DNA from: Carcharhinus amblyrhynchos
Lineage: Eukaryota
Assembly (NCBI GenBank): GCA_965287045.1
Contig: OZ336879.1
Coordinates: 72,974,001 to 73,038,000, forward strand
Length of the DNA: 64,000 nucleotides
Direction of reading: 5' to 3'
In this document: in pieces, positions 1-11,217 of the stretch
Layout: each line of letters opens with the position of its first letter
How positions within the stretch are numbered: position 1 is the stretch's first letter
Made by a program: the position numbers and the translations under genes
Notes under the pieces: generated by a model
The model's input: only the letters and a program-made list of their open reading frames with translations
Told to the model about the DNA's origin: nothing
Databases searched by the model: none

Positions 1-277
1 GAGTCTGAAATGATGTCCAGTATGCTTAAAATAACAGATCTCAGTCAGGACAGACTTGGTACTTTGTGATGATCACAACACAATCAAAACTTATCAGGAA
101 ACTGCAATCTAACCTACATTCTCCAGCGCTGGTATAACAATTTTGAAAGCAAATGTCAACATATAATACAACCCACTCAGGCCTCCCAGTGCATGTTACT
201 TGTCACTGAAATCAATGTAAAGTCAGGGGGAAAGCACTATTTTTGCGCACTGCTGAATGCCTACAGTGTAGCTCACA

Positions 278-527
278 GGTGGCACAGTGGTTAGCGCAGC
301 TGCATCACAGCACTAGGGACCCTGTTTTGATTCCCAGGTTGGGTCACTATCTGTGCGAAGTCTGGACATTCTCCCCATGTCTGCGTGGGATTCCTCTGGG
401 TGCTGTGGTTTCCTTGTACATTTGAATGAAGTGCTGGTTAGGTGCATTGGCCATGCTAAATTTTCCCTCCGTGTATCCGAACAAGCGATAGAGTGTGGTG
501 ACTAGGGGAATTTTCACAGTAACTTCA
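278..527 (+). mobile_element. HE1-type V-SINE, tail type B, 3'-truncated
   Basis: tRNA-like head GGTGGCACAGTGGTTAGC, V-domain (TTCTCCCCATGTCTGCGTGGG...GTGCTGTGGTTTCC), tail GACTAGGGGAATTTTCACAGTAACTTCA. Confidence 0.85.
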
Positions 528-1140
528 GGGGGATCCACTGCCTTTCTGCGTGTGATCAGTGTGGAGGGAAGGTGGGTCTGCTGCCAACCTGCATGTGATC
601 GGTGGGGGGGGAAGGGGGATCCGCTGCACTCCTCATGTGACTGGTTGGGGGAAAGTGGGGATCCGCTGTCACTCTGCGTGTGACTGGTAGGGGGAAGGGG
701 GGTCCGCTGCCAGTCTGTGTGTGACTGGTAGGGGGAAGGGGGGTCCGCTGCCAGTCTGTGTGTGACTGGTAGGGGGAAGGGGGGTCCGCTGCCAGTCTGT
801 GTGTGACTGGTAGGGGGAAGGGGGGTCCACTGCCAGTCTGTGTGTGACTGGTAGGGGGAAGGGGGGTCCGCTGCCAGCCTGTGTGTGACTGGTAGGGGGA
901 AGGGGGGTCCACTGCCAGTCTGGGTGTGACTGGTAGGGGGGAAGGGGTTGTCTGCTGCCACTCTGCGTGTGATCGATGGGCAGGAGGGGGAGTCCGTTGC
1001 CACTCTGCATGTGACAGGTGGTGGGAAGAGGGGTCTGCTGCCACTCTGAGTGTGCTCGGTGGAGGGGAAGGGGGAGTCTGCTGTCAGTTTGCTTGTGATC
1101 GGAGGGGAAAGGGAGAAGGGCCCACGATCAGTCTGTGTGA
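528..1140. repeat. 41-bp G-rich minisatellite (TGACTGGTAGGGGGAAGGGGGGTCCGCTGCCAGTCTGTGTG)n
   Basis: TGACTGG recurs at 681, 722, 763, 804, 845, 886 and 927 (period 41); flanking units are degenerate; it accounts for the repetitive minus-strand ORFs. Confidence 0.95.
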
Positions 1141-2067
1141 TGGGAGGATAAAGGGGTCAATTATGTTGTGGGGGTATGGCAATGTCTGTGCGGGCCAGGG
1201 GAAGGCATTACCTGGCCCGGAGCAATGTGGTGGGGGAGCATGTATCTATCTTCTTTCCTGTGCGTGCGCAGTTGGAGGCGCCGATCGGAACTGCAGTGTT
1301 TCGGGTGCGATAAGCCCCATCCGTAGACCTCTGCAGCACAATTCAGAATTGCTGCTATTTTTTCAGGCAGAATGTGAATGGGTCTAAAAGTCGGATCTGA
1401 AACACTCACAGTTTCAAGTCTGCCCAGTACTTAGAATTAAAATGGTAAAATACAGCTCAATATGTCTGCCTACCATTCTCGCACATGCACATTCCATTCC
1501 TGCAGCAAAGGTTTGCACATCACCCTCGCAATGATGACCCTGATAATGATGATGAAGGAGAAAGTAGCATAAATTTACACGGATTCCAAGCTGCCCTTCA
1601 CTGAAAGATAACATCAAACTCCTCCAGCTCAACAAACAAAGCCTGACTGAAACATATCATCAATGATCTACAAAATGAACCACCATTTCAGTCACTTATA
1701 CCAAAGAGCAAGTTGCTTGAACAGCATTCAACAATTTATCTATGGACCATTACCTGGCATTGTGCATTGGATAAATTGATACCATCCTGTCCATCAATTC
1801 TACCTGCAAAGGGTGAAACTAATTACGTTAATTAATTTCTAAAAGCAATGCTTCGAGATTGAAATTTAAAAGATTGTACAATGGACAGCACTTTACAATC
1901 TTGAATCCCTATTTGTAATAGGACATAATTTCAATTTAAAAGAATATTATTAAGTTAACTGTGAACAAGATCGATGGGAAATTGAATTACAAAAAGGTAA
2001 CAATTTATTTTATACAAAATAACGACAGAAGTATGTTTGAGAAGCTGACTAACCTTGGTTCAGACAT

Positions 2068-2220
2068 ACTTCTGATTTGATTTAATATTGTCACAAGTAT
2101 TGGTACGCAGTGAAAAGTATTGTTTTTTGCACATTATGCAGACAAAGCATACTGTGCATAGAGTACCTGGGGAAGAAGGAAAGGAGAAGGTGCAGAATGT
2201 AGTGTTATAGTCATAGTTGG
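2068..2220 (-). mobile_element. LINE 3' tail fragment (L2/Rex-like)
   Basis: Reverse complement ends ...ACTTTTCACTGCGTACCAATACTTGTGACAATATTAAATCAAATCAG, a LINE-type 3' end with short terminal repeats. Confidence 0.5.
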
Positions 2221-2239
2221 TTGGTGACCGCAGACAAAT

Positions 2240-2572
2240 CAAAGATGCGCTGTAGCAGTTTGCCAAGGATCCTTCAACAGCACCTTCCTGTCCTGTCACT
2301 TCTACCACTTAGAATGGCAAGGGCAGCAGACATATGGGAACAATGCCACCCGCACGTTTCCTTTCAAGTCACAGACTAGCCTGACTTGAAAGTATATCAG
2401 CGTTCCTTCACTGTTGTTGGGTCAAAATCCTGGAGGTCCCTTCTTAACAGCACTCTGGTGATCTTCACCACCTGAACTATATAGATTGAAGAAGACTGTT
2501 CAGTGTCACATTTTCATGGTCAATAAATGCTGACCTTGCCATCAATATCCACATCCCAGGGATCAATAAAAA
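2240..2572 (+). mobile_element. 3' end of second CR1/L2-group LINE family
   Basis: Degenerate ORF end and tail GGTCAATAAATGCTGACCTTGCCATCAATATCCACATCCCAGG; homologous to 16705-17290. Confidence 0.7.
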
Positions 2573-2627
2573 GAGACATTTCACATTTTTTTCAACATAC
2601 CACTTTGAATAATTTGTTGGTCTTCAC

Positions 2628-3024
2628 AGAATCCCTACGGTGCAGAAGGAGGCCTTTCATCCCATCGAGCCTGTACCAACAATAATCCCACCTAGACCCC
2701 ATCCCCCTACCCCCACGTATTTACCCTGCTATTCTCCCTGACACTAAGGGGCAATTTAGCATGAGCAATCAACCTAATGCACACATCTTTNNNNNNNNNN
2801 NNNNNNNNNNNNNNNNNNNNNNNNNNNNNNNNNNNNNNNNNNNNNNNNNNNNNNNNNNNNNNNNNNNNNNNNNNNNNNNNNNNNNNNNNNNNNNNNNNNN
2901 NNNNNNNNNNNNNNNNNNNNNNNNNNNNNNNNNNNNNNNNNNNNNATTCCACCCAGACAGTGACCCAAGCTGGGAATCGAACACTGGACCCTGGTGCTGC
3001 GAGCAATGCTAACCACTGTGCCAC
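2628..3024 (-). mobile_element. HE1-type V-SINE spanning an assembly gap
   Basis: Head GCTAACCACTGTGCCAC at ~3008-3024 and CR1-type tail AGAATCCCTACGGTGCAGAAGGAGGCC at ~2628; the middle is Ns. Confidence 0.85.
2791..2945. other. Assembly gap (155 N)
   Basis: Run of Ns. Confidence 1.
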
Positions 3025-3724
3025 TCTCGTCTCATCTTTCTCAGAACCTACCAATTACTTGTTACAATAAACTGTAAATGAAAGAATTAAAACTGGGAGC
3101 CTAAGCTGGCTGTTCTGGAATGTTCTGAGCAGCTACGCCACCCGACATCACCTGTATGGTTTGGCTTTCCACATCCCGCAGAACGTGGAAGAGTGTGCCT
3201 GACTGAGATCAGTCAAGAGATGACTGGTGAGCCAAACTGCTGCGCCAATTTGCTTAGCTGTATTCATGTTTTGCATGCTGTTACCCATTTAGATGATTAG
3301 TTTGAGTAACATCCCATATTTTCCTCCAGGTACCAGTGAGCTTAGTGCTTTCTGGCTCCTGAACTCTCATGAAATCTGTTTGTAATTAGAGTTCAGTGGC
3401 TGGCACTGCAGCTGTGATGACGCATTGCTTCAATTTAAACCTGTCTCCAATCCTGAATTAATCCTAACCCTGATTGGTGATGCTAAACTCCCATTACCCA
3501 AACTCACTTGCACAGCGACGACAGTGAGGTCCTGTATTGATCCATTGACTGCTGCAGTGATTCGAGTGGTTACACTGCAATGGCACTGTGAAAAGATGTC
3601 ATGTGAAAATAAACTTCTTCACACAACGGGTCTGCAATGTGCCGCCCGGAAATATGGTGGAGGCAGGTTTAATTGAGGCATTTGATGATTTTTTGTGTAA
3701 GATTTGGGGAAAAGGCAGGGCAAT

Positions 3725-4092
3725 GCAGTGGCAGAGTGGCATTGCCACTGGATAAGTAATCCAGAGATCCAAGGTAATGCTCTAGGGACCAGTGTTCGAA
3801 TCCCACCGTGGCAGATGGCGAAATTTGAATCCAATGGAAATTTGGAATTAAAAGTCTGACGGTTGTCAATTGTTGTAAAAACCCATTGGGTTCACTAATG
3901 TCGTTTAGGGAAGGAAATCTGCCTTCCTTACTTGGTCTGGCCTACATGTGAGTCCACACCCACAGCAGTGTTTTTGACTCTAAAATGCCTTCTGAAATGG
4001 CCAATCATATTACTCAATCTAAGGTACTTAGGGATGGACAACAAATGCTGGCCCAGCCAGTGATGCCACATCCCATGAATGAATTTTTAAAA
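3725..4092 (+). mobile_element. tRNA-headed SINE family 2
   Basis: A box GTGGCAGAGTGG, B box GTTCGAATCCC, body GGAAGGAAATCTGCC...TGGTCTGGCCTACATGTGA, tail AAATGCTGGCCCAGCCAGTGATGCCACATCCCATGAATGAAT. Confidence 0.85.
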
Positions 4093-4469
4093 ATGGCACA
4101 AGTCATGATGCTCATTTGGAAAACTGGTGCAGACATGATGGGCCAAATGACCTCCTCCTGTGCTCTGATAATTCTGATATTCTGCACAATCCTATAATTT
4201 ACCAGTTGGTAGTTTTGATCTGTTTGGAAGTGATCATTAGGCAGATATACATTTGTCTTTAAATGGTCACTCCCAACTCAATACGGCCACATAAATACAA
4301 GTTGACATCCATACAATCTTCAGCAAAACAAGTAAGACTTTGCAAGAAGTGAGTGCATGTATGTACATTGGCTCTAGACGTGTGGTTCAGATTAGTTCAC
4401 TCGCCAATCTACTGGCCAAGCTCAAGGAGCCATGTTTTCCCTTCCAGTTCCAAGAATTCTTTACCCACA

Positions 4470-5600
4470 TGGGAGACTTAAGAAGGCTGATAAGGTGGAT
4501 TCATAACTGGCGTAGCCACACGAAACAGAGAATGATGACAGATGGCTGCTTCAGTGTCCAGTGGCGTACCACAGGAATCCCATGCTGGGCTTCCTATTGT
4601 TCATCATTTATATAAATGGCATAGATGACTATGTGTGAGGTAGGATCAGTAAGTTTGCAGATGATACAAAGATTGGCCGGGTGGTTAACAGTGTGGTTGA
4701 GCGCTTTGGGTTACTGGAAGATATAGATGAGATGGTCAAATGGGTGGATAAGTGGTGGATGGAATTTAACCCTGAAAAGTGTGGGGTGAGGAACTTCGGA
4801 GGAAGTAATTTAACAAGGAAGTATCCTATGAAAGGTCTGACACTGGGAAGTTCAGAAGAACAAAGGGACCTTGTCGTGTTTGTCCATAGGTCTCTGAAGG
4901 CAGAAAGGCAGTTTAATGGGGTGATGAAAAGGCCATATGGCACACTCACCTTTATCAATCAGGTGAAGGATTACAAAAGCAGGGAGGTCAAGATGGAATA
5001 ATAGAGAATTTTGGTGAGGCCACAGCTGGAGTACTGTGTGCAGTTCTGTTTGCCACATTATAGGAAGTATGTGAATGCACTGGAGGGGATGCAGAGGAGA
5101 TTCACCAGGATGTTGCCCGTGATGGAACATTTAAGTTATAAAGAGAGGTTGGGTAGGCTAGGGTTGTTTTCTCTGGAGTAGAGGGGGTGACCTGATTGAG
5201 GTGTTCGAGATTATGAGGGGCATGGACAGGGTGGTTAGGAAGTAGCTGTCCCCCTTATTTGAAGGAGGAGACACAAGTTAAAAGTGAGGGGTGGGGGGTT
5301 TAGGGGGGATTTGATGAAAAATCTTTTTACTCCGTGGGTGGTGATGGTCTGGAATGCACTGCCTTAGAGAGTGGAGGAGATGGGATGCCTCATATCCTTT
5401 AAAAAGTACCTGGGTGAGTATTTGGCAAGCCATAACATTCAAGGCTGTGAGTTAAGGGCTAGAAAGTGGGATTAGGTGGGCAGGTCAGGGCCTTTCGTGC
5501 ATCGGTGCAGACTCAGTGGGCCCATCAATTAAGACACAAATATGCAGCAATGTACGGGGAGAATCAGGCTTGGAGAATGTACTGTAGGATTCTGTGATTT
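4470..5600 (+). mobile_element. Degraded CR1 (HER1-like) LINE, RT 3' part and tail
   Basis: KFADDTK motif (AAGTTTGCAGATGATACAAAG), W-MEFNPEKC, VRPQLEYCVQF; contains stops and frameshifts. Confidence 0.9.
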
Positions 5601-5819
5601 TTTTGACCTTTTAGGCATATTGCCTATAAGAGACCATAAGGAAGTTCTTAAGACAACATCAGTTGTCAGTGAATATTGGACCAGAAATGGAAGTTGCTGC
5701 CTTACAGCAAGCTTGCGCTGATTCAGTAACCTCCCAAGGTTATGAGCAAACATAGAATCTCTTCAGTACAGTGGTCATTGCAGACTCAAAAGACCAAATG
5801 GCCTCCTTTTGCACAGTAG

Positions 5820-6099
5820 GGATGCTACAAGTACAGAAGGAGGCATCATTGAACATGCACCAATCAAAATCCCACCCATGCCCTATTCCTGTAATCCCAC
5901 ATATTTACCCTGCTAATTCCCCTGACACTAGGGTTAATTTAGCATGGCCAATCACTGCACATCTTTGAACTGTAGGAGGAAACTCATGCAGACACGGGGA
6001 GAATGTGCAAATTCCACACAGACAATGACCTGAGGCCAGAATTGAACCCGGGTCCCTGGCGCTGTGAGGCAGCAGTGCTAACCATTGTGCCATCATGCC
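5820..6099 (-). mobile_element. HE1-type V-SINE
   Basis: GGGTCCCTGGCGCTGTGAGGCAGCAGTGCTAACC head plus V-domain in reverse orientation. Confidence 0.9.
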
Positions 6100-6409
6100 A
6101 CATTAGAAATCCTCCTCAGGTGACATTATGAATATTCTTCCTATTTTGAAATCACCAAAGTCATGAACAAGGTATCTGCTCCCAGGCTACCACTTAACAA
6201 CACATCTTAAGATATAAACCAACGTATTGTGGAACAACCAAGAGATATAGTGGGGTGAATAATGAGGTGGCAGGCACTTGATGCAATCTTTAAGATCAAG
6301 CACAGAAGCCTGAGGACTATAATATTTCTGCAGCACTTTGCACTGCCAAAGTGGGCTGAGAGCAATAAAAAGCAGAAAAAATACTTTGCCCATATATTAG
6401 AACACAAAT

Positions 6410-9400
6410 CACAGTATCACAGTAGAAAACATCACAGTAGTGCAGAGGGGGGACGATATGGAAGAGACAGGGATTGAGTCGCTGTGGGTGGAGTTGAGGA
6501 ATAAAGAGGGAGAGATCACATTGTTAGGGGTGTACTATAGGCCACCCAACAGCCCGAGGTCGGTGGAGGAAGGCATTTGCAGGCGCATTTTGGACAGGTG
6601 CAGGAAGAATAGAGTGGTTGTAGTGGGTGACTTTAATCTTCCAGGAGTGAATTGGAGGGGGCCTAGAGCTGGGGGTACGGAGGGAGAGGAGTTTGTGAGA
6701 TGTGTTTTGGAAGGGTCGCTAGAGCAGTATGTAACTAGCCCGACTAGGGGAGGGGCTATACTGGATTTAGTGTTGGGTAATGAGCCGGGGCAGGTGGGAG
6801 AGGTAGAGGTAGGCGAACATGTGGCTAAGAGTGACCACAAGTCCGTCTACTTTAGGTTAAAAATGGAAAGGGACGAGTGCCGGCCGAACGGGAGTGTGCT
6901 GAACTGGGGAAAGGCAAGCTATAGCAGGATTAGGAGGGAGCTGCAGGACACTGATTGGGAGGGACTGTTAGCTGGAAAGTCCACGGTTGGCAAGTGGGAG
7001 GCTTTTAAGGGCAAAATGAAATGGTTGCAGGGGAGGTATGTTCCGGTTAAGAGGAAGGATGGGAAAGGTAGGATTAGAGAGCTGTGGATTACAGGGGGTA
7101 TTGAAGACTTGGTCAGGAAGAAGAGGGAGGCGTATGTTAGGTCGAAACGACTGGGTACAGAGACTGCGCTGGAGGAATATAGACAGAGTAGGAGGGAGCT
7201 AAAAAGGGGAATTAGAAGGGCAAAGAGAGGGCATGAAATGGCTTTGGCTGGTAGGATTAAGGAAAATCCAAAGGCATTTTATTCCTATATTAGAGGCAAG
7301 AGAGTAGTTAGAGGGAAAATTGGTCCTCTTAGGGACAAGAGTGGAGAGTTATGTATTGAGTCGGAGGGAATGGGGGAGCTCCTGAATGAATACTTTGTGT
7401 CGGTATTCACGAAGGAGAGGGGTTCGGAATCGTGCGGTCTCTTGAAGGGAGCTGAGGATCAGTTGCAGGAGATATCTATTACGAGGGAGGAAGTGCTAGG
7501 GCTTTTAGGTAGCGTAAGGATGGATAAAGCTCCGGGGCCTGATGGTATTTATCCCAGGCTGCTTAGGGAGGTGAAAGATGAAATAGCTGGGCCTCTGGCG
7601 CAAATCTTTGTCTCTTCTTTGGACACAGGTGAGGTCCCAGAGGACTGGAGGGTAGCAAATGTGGTACCGCTGTTCAAAAAAGGTAGTAGGGACAACCCTG
7701 GAAATTATAGACCGGTGAGTTTGACATCAGTGGTAGGGAAATTAATGGAAAAAATACTTAGGGGTAGGATGTATGAGCATTTGGAGCGTTGCGATCTGAT
7801 TAGGGATACGCAACATGGCTTTGTTAGAGGGAGGTCTTGCCTTACGAATCTGGTGGAATTCTTTGAGGAGGTGACAAAAACGGTTGACGATGGGAGAGCC
7901 GTTGATGTCATCTATGTGGATTTCAGTAAGGCGTTTGACAAAGTCCCTCATGGTAGGCTGGTAGAAAAGGTTAAGGCACATGGGATACAAGGCCAGGTAG
8001 CTAGGTGGATTGAGAACTGGCTGGGTAATAGGAGACAGAGGGTAGTTGTGGAGGGGACCTTGTCGGGCTGGAGGCCAGTGACCAGTGGTGTGCCGCAGGG
8101 CTCAGTACTGGGACCTCTCCTCTTTGTAGTATACATAAATGACTTGGAAGAGAGCGTAGGTGGTGTGATCAGCAAGTTTGCTGATGACACCAAGATGGCA
8201 GGGTTGGCGGGTACTGAACTGGATTGTCAGGTGATACAACAGGATATAGATAGATTGGTGCAGTGGGCAGATAGGTGGCAGATGGAATTTAATCCTGACA
8301 AATGCGAGGTGATGCATTTTGGAAGGAATAATGCAGAGAGGAGCTATGTGATAAAAGGTAGACAGATTAGGAGTATAGACATACAGAGGGACCTGGGAGT
8401 GCAGGTTCACAAATCCATGAAGGTTGCGTCACAAGTGGAGAAGGTTGTTAGGAAGGCTTATGGGATGTTAGCCTTTATAGGAAGGGGTATAGAGTATAAA
8501 AGCTGCCGTCTAATGCTTCAGTTGTACAGAACGTTGGTTAGACCGCATTTGGAGTACTGCGTCCAGTTCTGGTCACCTTACTACCGGAAGGATGTGGAGT
8601 CTCTGGAAAGGGTGCAGAGGAGGTTTACCAGGATGTTGCCTGGCATGGAGGGGCTGGGTTACGAGGAAAGGTTGGAGAAACTGGGACTTTTCTCCTTGGA
8701 AAGACGGAGGTTGAGGGGGGACATGATAGAGGTATATAAGATACTGAAGGGAATAGATAGAGTTAATAGTGAGAGACTGCTCCCTAGACTGGGTACAAAC
8801 ACGAGAGGTCATGATTTAAGGGTGAGGGGGGAGAGGTATAATTTGGAAGTGAGAGGAAGGTTCTTTACGCAGAGAGTTGTGGGGGTATGGAACGCGCTAC
8901 CGAGGAGGGTGGTGGAGGCAGGAACGTTGGACTTGTTTAAGGTTCAGTTAGACAGACACATGAGTGAAACGAGGATGGAGGGTTATGGTAGGGGCTATTA
9001 AATAAGGTTAGAACCTCGGGAGACACCAGAAAAGCAGGCTTGTAAGATTAACGTTTTTGTCTTTTTATTCCGCAGGTGGAGGTCCACCTCGTGTCAAACG
9101 AGGGGCATGCGCACGGTGGGTCGTGCGTGGGCTGCTCTTGGAGGTTCCGGGAGTGGCCTAGTACTTCGTGTCGGTGTGTGTGCTTGATCGTGGACCGATA
9201 GACGGGCGCCGCAACAGCTCGGTGACTAGCACTGCTAGCTGTGCAGATACATGGATTTGGGCCTGTGTCTGTGGGAGTTTGCGCATTCTCCCTGTGGTTG
9301 CGTGGGTTTCCTCCAGGTGCTCTGGTTTCCTCCCACACCCCAAAGATGTGCTCTTAGGCTGATTGGTTTTACCAAATTGACACTATTCTCCCCTGAATCT

Positions 9401-9536
9401 GGCTAAGTTAGGGGTTCCATTCGTAGATATGCAGGGTAGAATAGGTGTAGGGTGATGTGGCGGCGCGGGCTCGTTGGGCCGAAGGGCCTGTTTCCCGTGC
9501 TGGGTTGTTCTTTGTTCTTTGTTCTTTGTTCTTTGT
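6410..9536 (+). mobile_element. Young 5'-truncated CR1 LINE with long composite 3'UTR
   Basis: Uninterrupted ORF2, 3' terminal (TTCTTTG)n, putative 4-bp TSD AAAT (6406-6409 / 9537-9540). Confidence 0.95.
6425..9001 (+). CDS. CR1 ORF2 (AP-endonuclease C-terminal half plus reverse transcriptase), 5'-truncated, no true start codon
   Basis: YYRPP, VVGDFN and SDH endonuclease motifs; KAPGPDG, NYRPVSLTS, DFSKAFDKVPH, GVPQGSVLGP, FADD; about 858 codons without a stop. Confidence 0.9.
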   Translation, partial: ENITVVQRGDDMEETGIESLWVELRNKEGEITLLGVYYRPPNSPRSVEEGICRRILDRCRKNRVVVVGDFNLPGVNWRGPRAGGTEGEEFVRCVLEGSLEQYVTSPTRGGAILDLVLGNEPGQVGEVEVGEHVAKSDHKSVYFRLKMERDECRPNGSVLNWGKASYSRIRRELQDTDWEGLLAGKSTVGKWEAFKGKMKWLQGRYVPVKRKDGKGRIRELWITGGIEDLVRKKREAYVRSKRLGTETALEEYRQSRRELKRGIRRAKRGHEMALAGRIKENPKAFYSYIRGKRVVRGKIGPLRDKSGELCIESEGMGELLNEYFVSVFTKERGSESCGLLKGAEDQLQEISITREEVLGLLGSVRMDKAPGPDGIYPRLLREVKDEIAGPLAQIFVSSLDTGEVPEDWRVANVVPLFKKGSRDNPGNYRPVSLTSVVGKLMEKILRGRMYEHLERCDLIRDTQHGFVRGRSCLTNLVEFFEEVTKTVDDGRAVDVIYVDFSKAFDKVPHGRLVEKVKAHGIQGQVARWIENWLGNRRQRVVVEGTLSGWRPVTSGVPQGSVLGPLLFVVYINDLEESVGGVISKFADDTKMAGLAGTELDCQVIQQDIDRLVQWADRWQMEFNPDKCEVMHFGRNNAERSYVIKGRQIRSIDIQRDLGVQVHKSMKVASQVEKVVRKAYGMLAFIGRGIEYKSCRLMLQLYRTLVRPHLEYCVQFWSPYYRKDVESLERVQRRFTRMLPGMEGLGYEERLEKLGLFSLERRRLRGDMIEVYKILKGIDRVNSERLLPRLGTNTRGHDLRVRGERYNLEVRGRFFTQRVVGVWNALPRRVVEAGTLDLFKVQLDRHMSETRMEGYGRGY

Positions 9537-11217
9537 AAATATGCAGCAATGTACAGAGAGAATCAGGCTTGGAGAATGTGTACATAATGCAACAGTAATA
9601 AGACAAATTATATCACAATGCATTACACTTAAATTAAACGACTTAATGTTCTCTCACACAAAAAGATAAACTAAGCACTGTGTAAATTTTGCAATCACGC
9701 AGGCTTTATTATATTGCAGCAATTATCTCAAAAAAAACACCTAATTATAATTGAGGTTACAAAATAGCAAAGCAATGAATATTACAATTGCTGTATTTTT
9801 ACAGTAAACACAATCTATAATGTATATTCCATAAGTGCCATTGTTCAAAGTAATTGATTTTGTCCACTATCAGACACATTCATTTCAACTGCAAAACTGG
9901 GAAACATTCTTTAGAGACAGGACTGAGAGGAAATAAATCTGGATAATTTATTCAAGATTAGACTGGAATCCACTTAGGGGCAGAAAATCATATAATCAGC
10001 ATAAATATTTAAGATTAAAATACACACAAAATGCTGCCACTTGCAGCTTTGAATAAGTTCTCTTGGGGATTACTGTGCCGTTACCTCCCTGGTCTCATCC
10101 ACTCCACAGCCTCTGATCACTTTTCATGAGACTGCCAGTGGGAGAGGATTCATTCAGTAGCTATCACTGCTCAACTTAGCAAAGCCAAGAACCAAGAAGC
10201 TGTGAGCAAGCAAAGAAAGCTACCTCAGCTGGGATAAGTAAGCCAGGACTTCCATATGTTCTCCCTGGTTGCTCACAAAATTAACCTTTCATTCCTGGAG
10301 ACTTCAGAGCTATGCAGAATGGTAGACAATCCTCCGTATTGTGAGTCTGTGTTTGCACAGATCCTCAGGCTACAAATACTGTAGTCCCCTGTTTGCTTTG
10401 CCCAGTGAAGTTTGTGTGCAGTTGTAAGTAGCTCTAGTGTTGGTGATATGGAGTGTAGGTCATATTAACCTGGACCTTGAGCAGTGAAGTGTTTTGCCAT
10501 CACTGGGTGCATGGAAAAGTACCACATTACCTTTCTCATGGCCTGCAGAAGGAAACTGCTCTCCCCATTGCCCAGAATGGGTCCAACTATTAGGATCATA
10601 AGATTGACTCTCATATTTATACAGATAGCCCTCGTAATGCTGTTCAGAATTATTGGACAATAGAATTCAATGCGGGTGAATTTTGGAAGAGGTCCAAAAG
10701 AATCCAACAGAAGGCAGATTTCTCTACAATTATACAATCAGGGCAGCCTCACAAAATATGTCTTGATTTTAGGAAGAAACATTCTTTACTGTTAAACAGT
10801 AATTTATTTCACTGTGGTATAACATGGCGAATGTTTGCTACGTGCACTAAGATCAGAAGTTCACCTTGTGTTGTGACCACAGATTGGGCTGATGTTACTC
10901 TGTACACCACTGAAGGCTGCTCTACATAGTCCACCAATGAACTCGCTTGGTACCTACTTAAAACAATGCACAGCTGCATTGCAAACAAGTGCAAGACTAC
11001 TTGTGTGAATATTTATCTTTGGTTTGCTTTTGTCACGTTTAGCTGCTTTTAAATTTTTTTTTCACGTTTGCATTGTTTGAACTTCTTTCTTTACCATTGA
11101 AAGAAATCTTACCATAAGTCAAAATAACCCACAGTGCAGGAAGAGATATTCCTTTCCGAATTCTCTTTCCCCTCAGGGAGCTTGAGGATGAGGAGGTATT
11201 GGAAGGGAACAAGCACA

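Noticed and set aside
347-1044. Proline-rich repetitive ORFs (218, 162 and 113 aa)
   Set aside because: By-products of the 41-bp minisatellite, open in all three minus frames; no gene context
528-1140. CRISPR-like array
   Set aside because: Units are contiguous with no unique spacers; eukaryotic context and no cas genes
2791-2945. Gap longer than the ~65 bp of V-SINE sequence expected to be missing
   Set aside because: Most likely an imprecise scaffold gap estimate; nothing can be read from Ns
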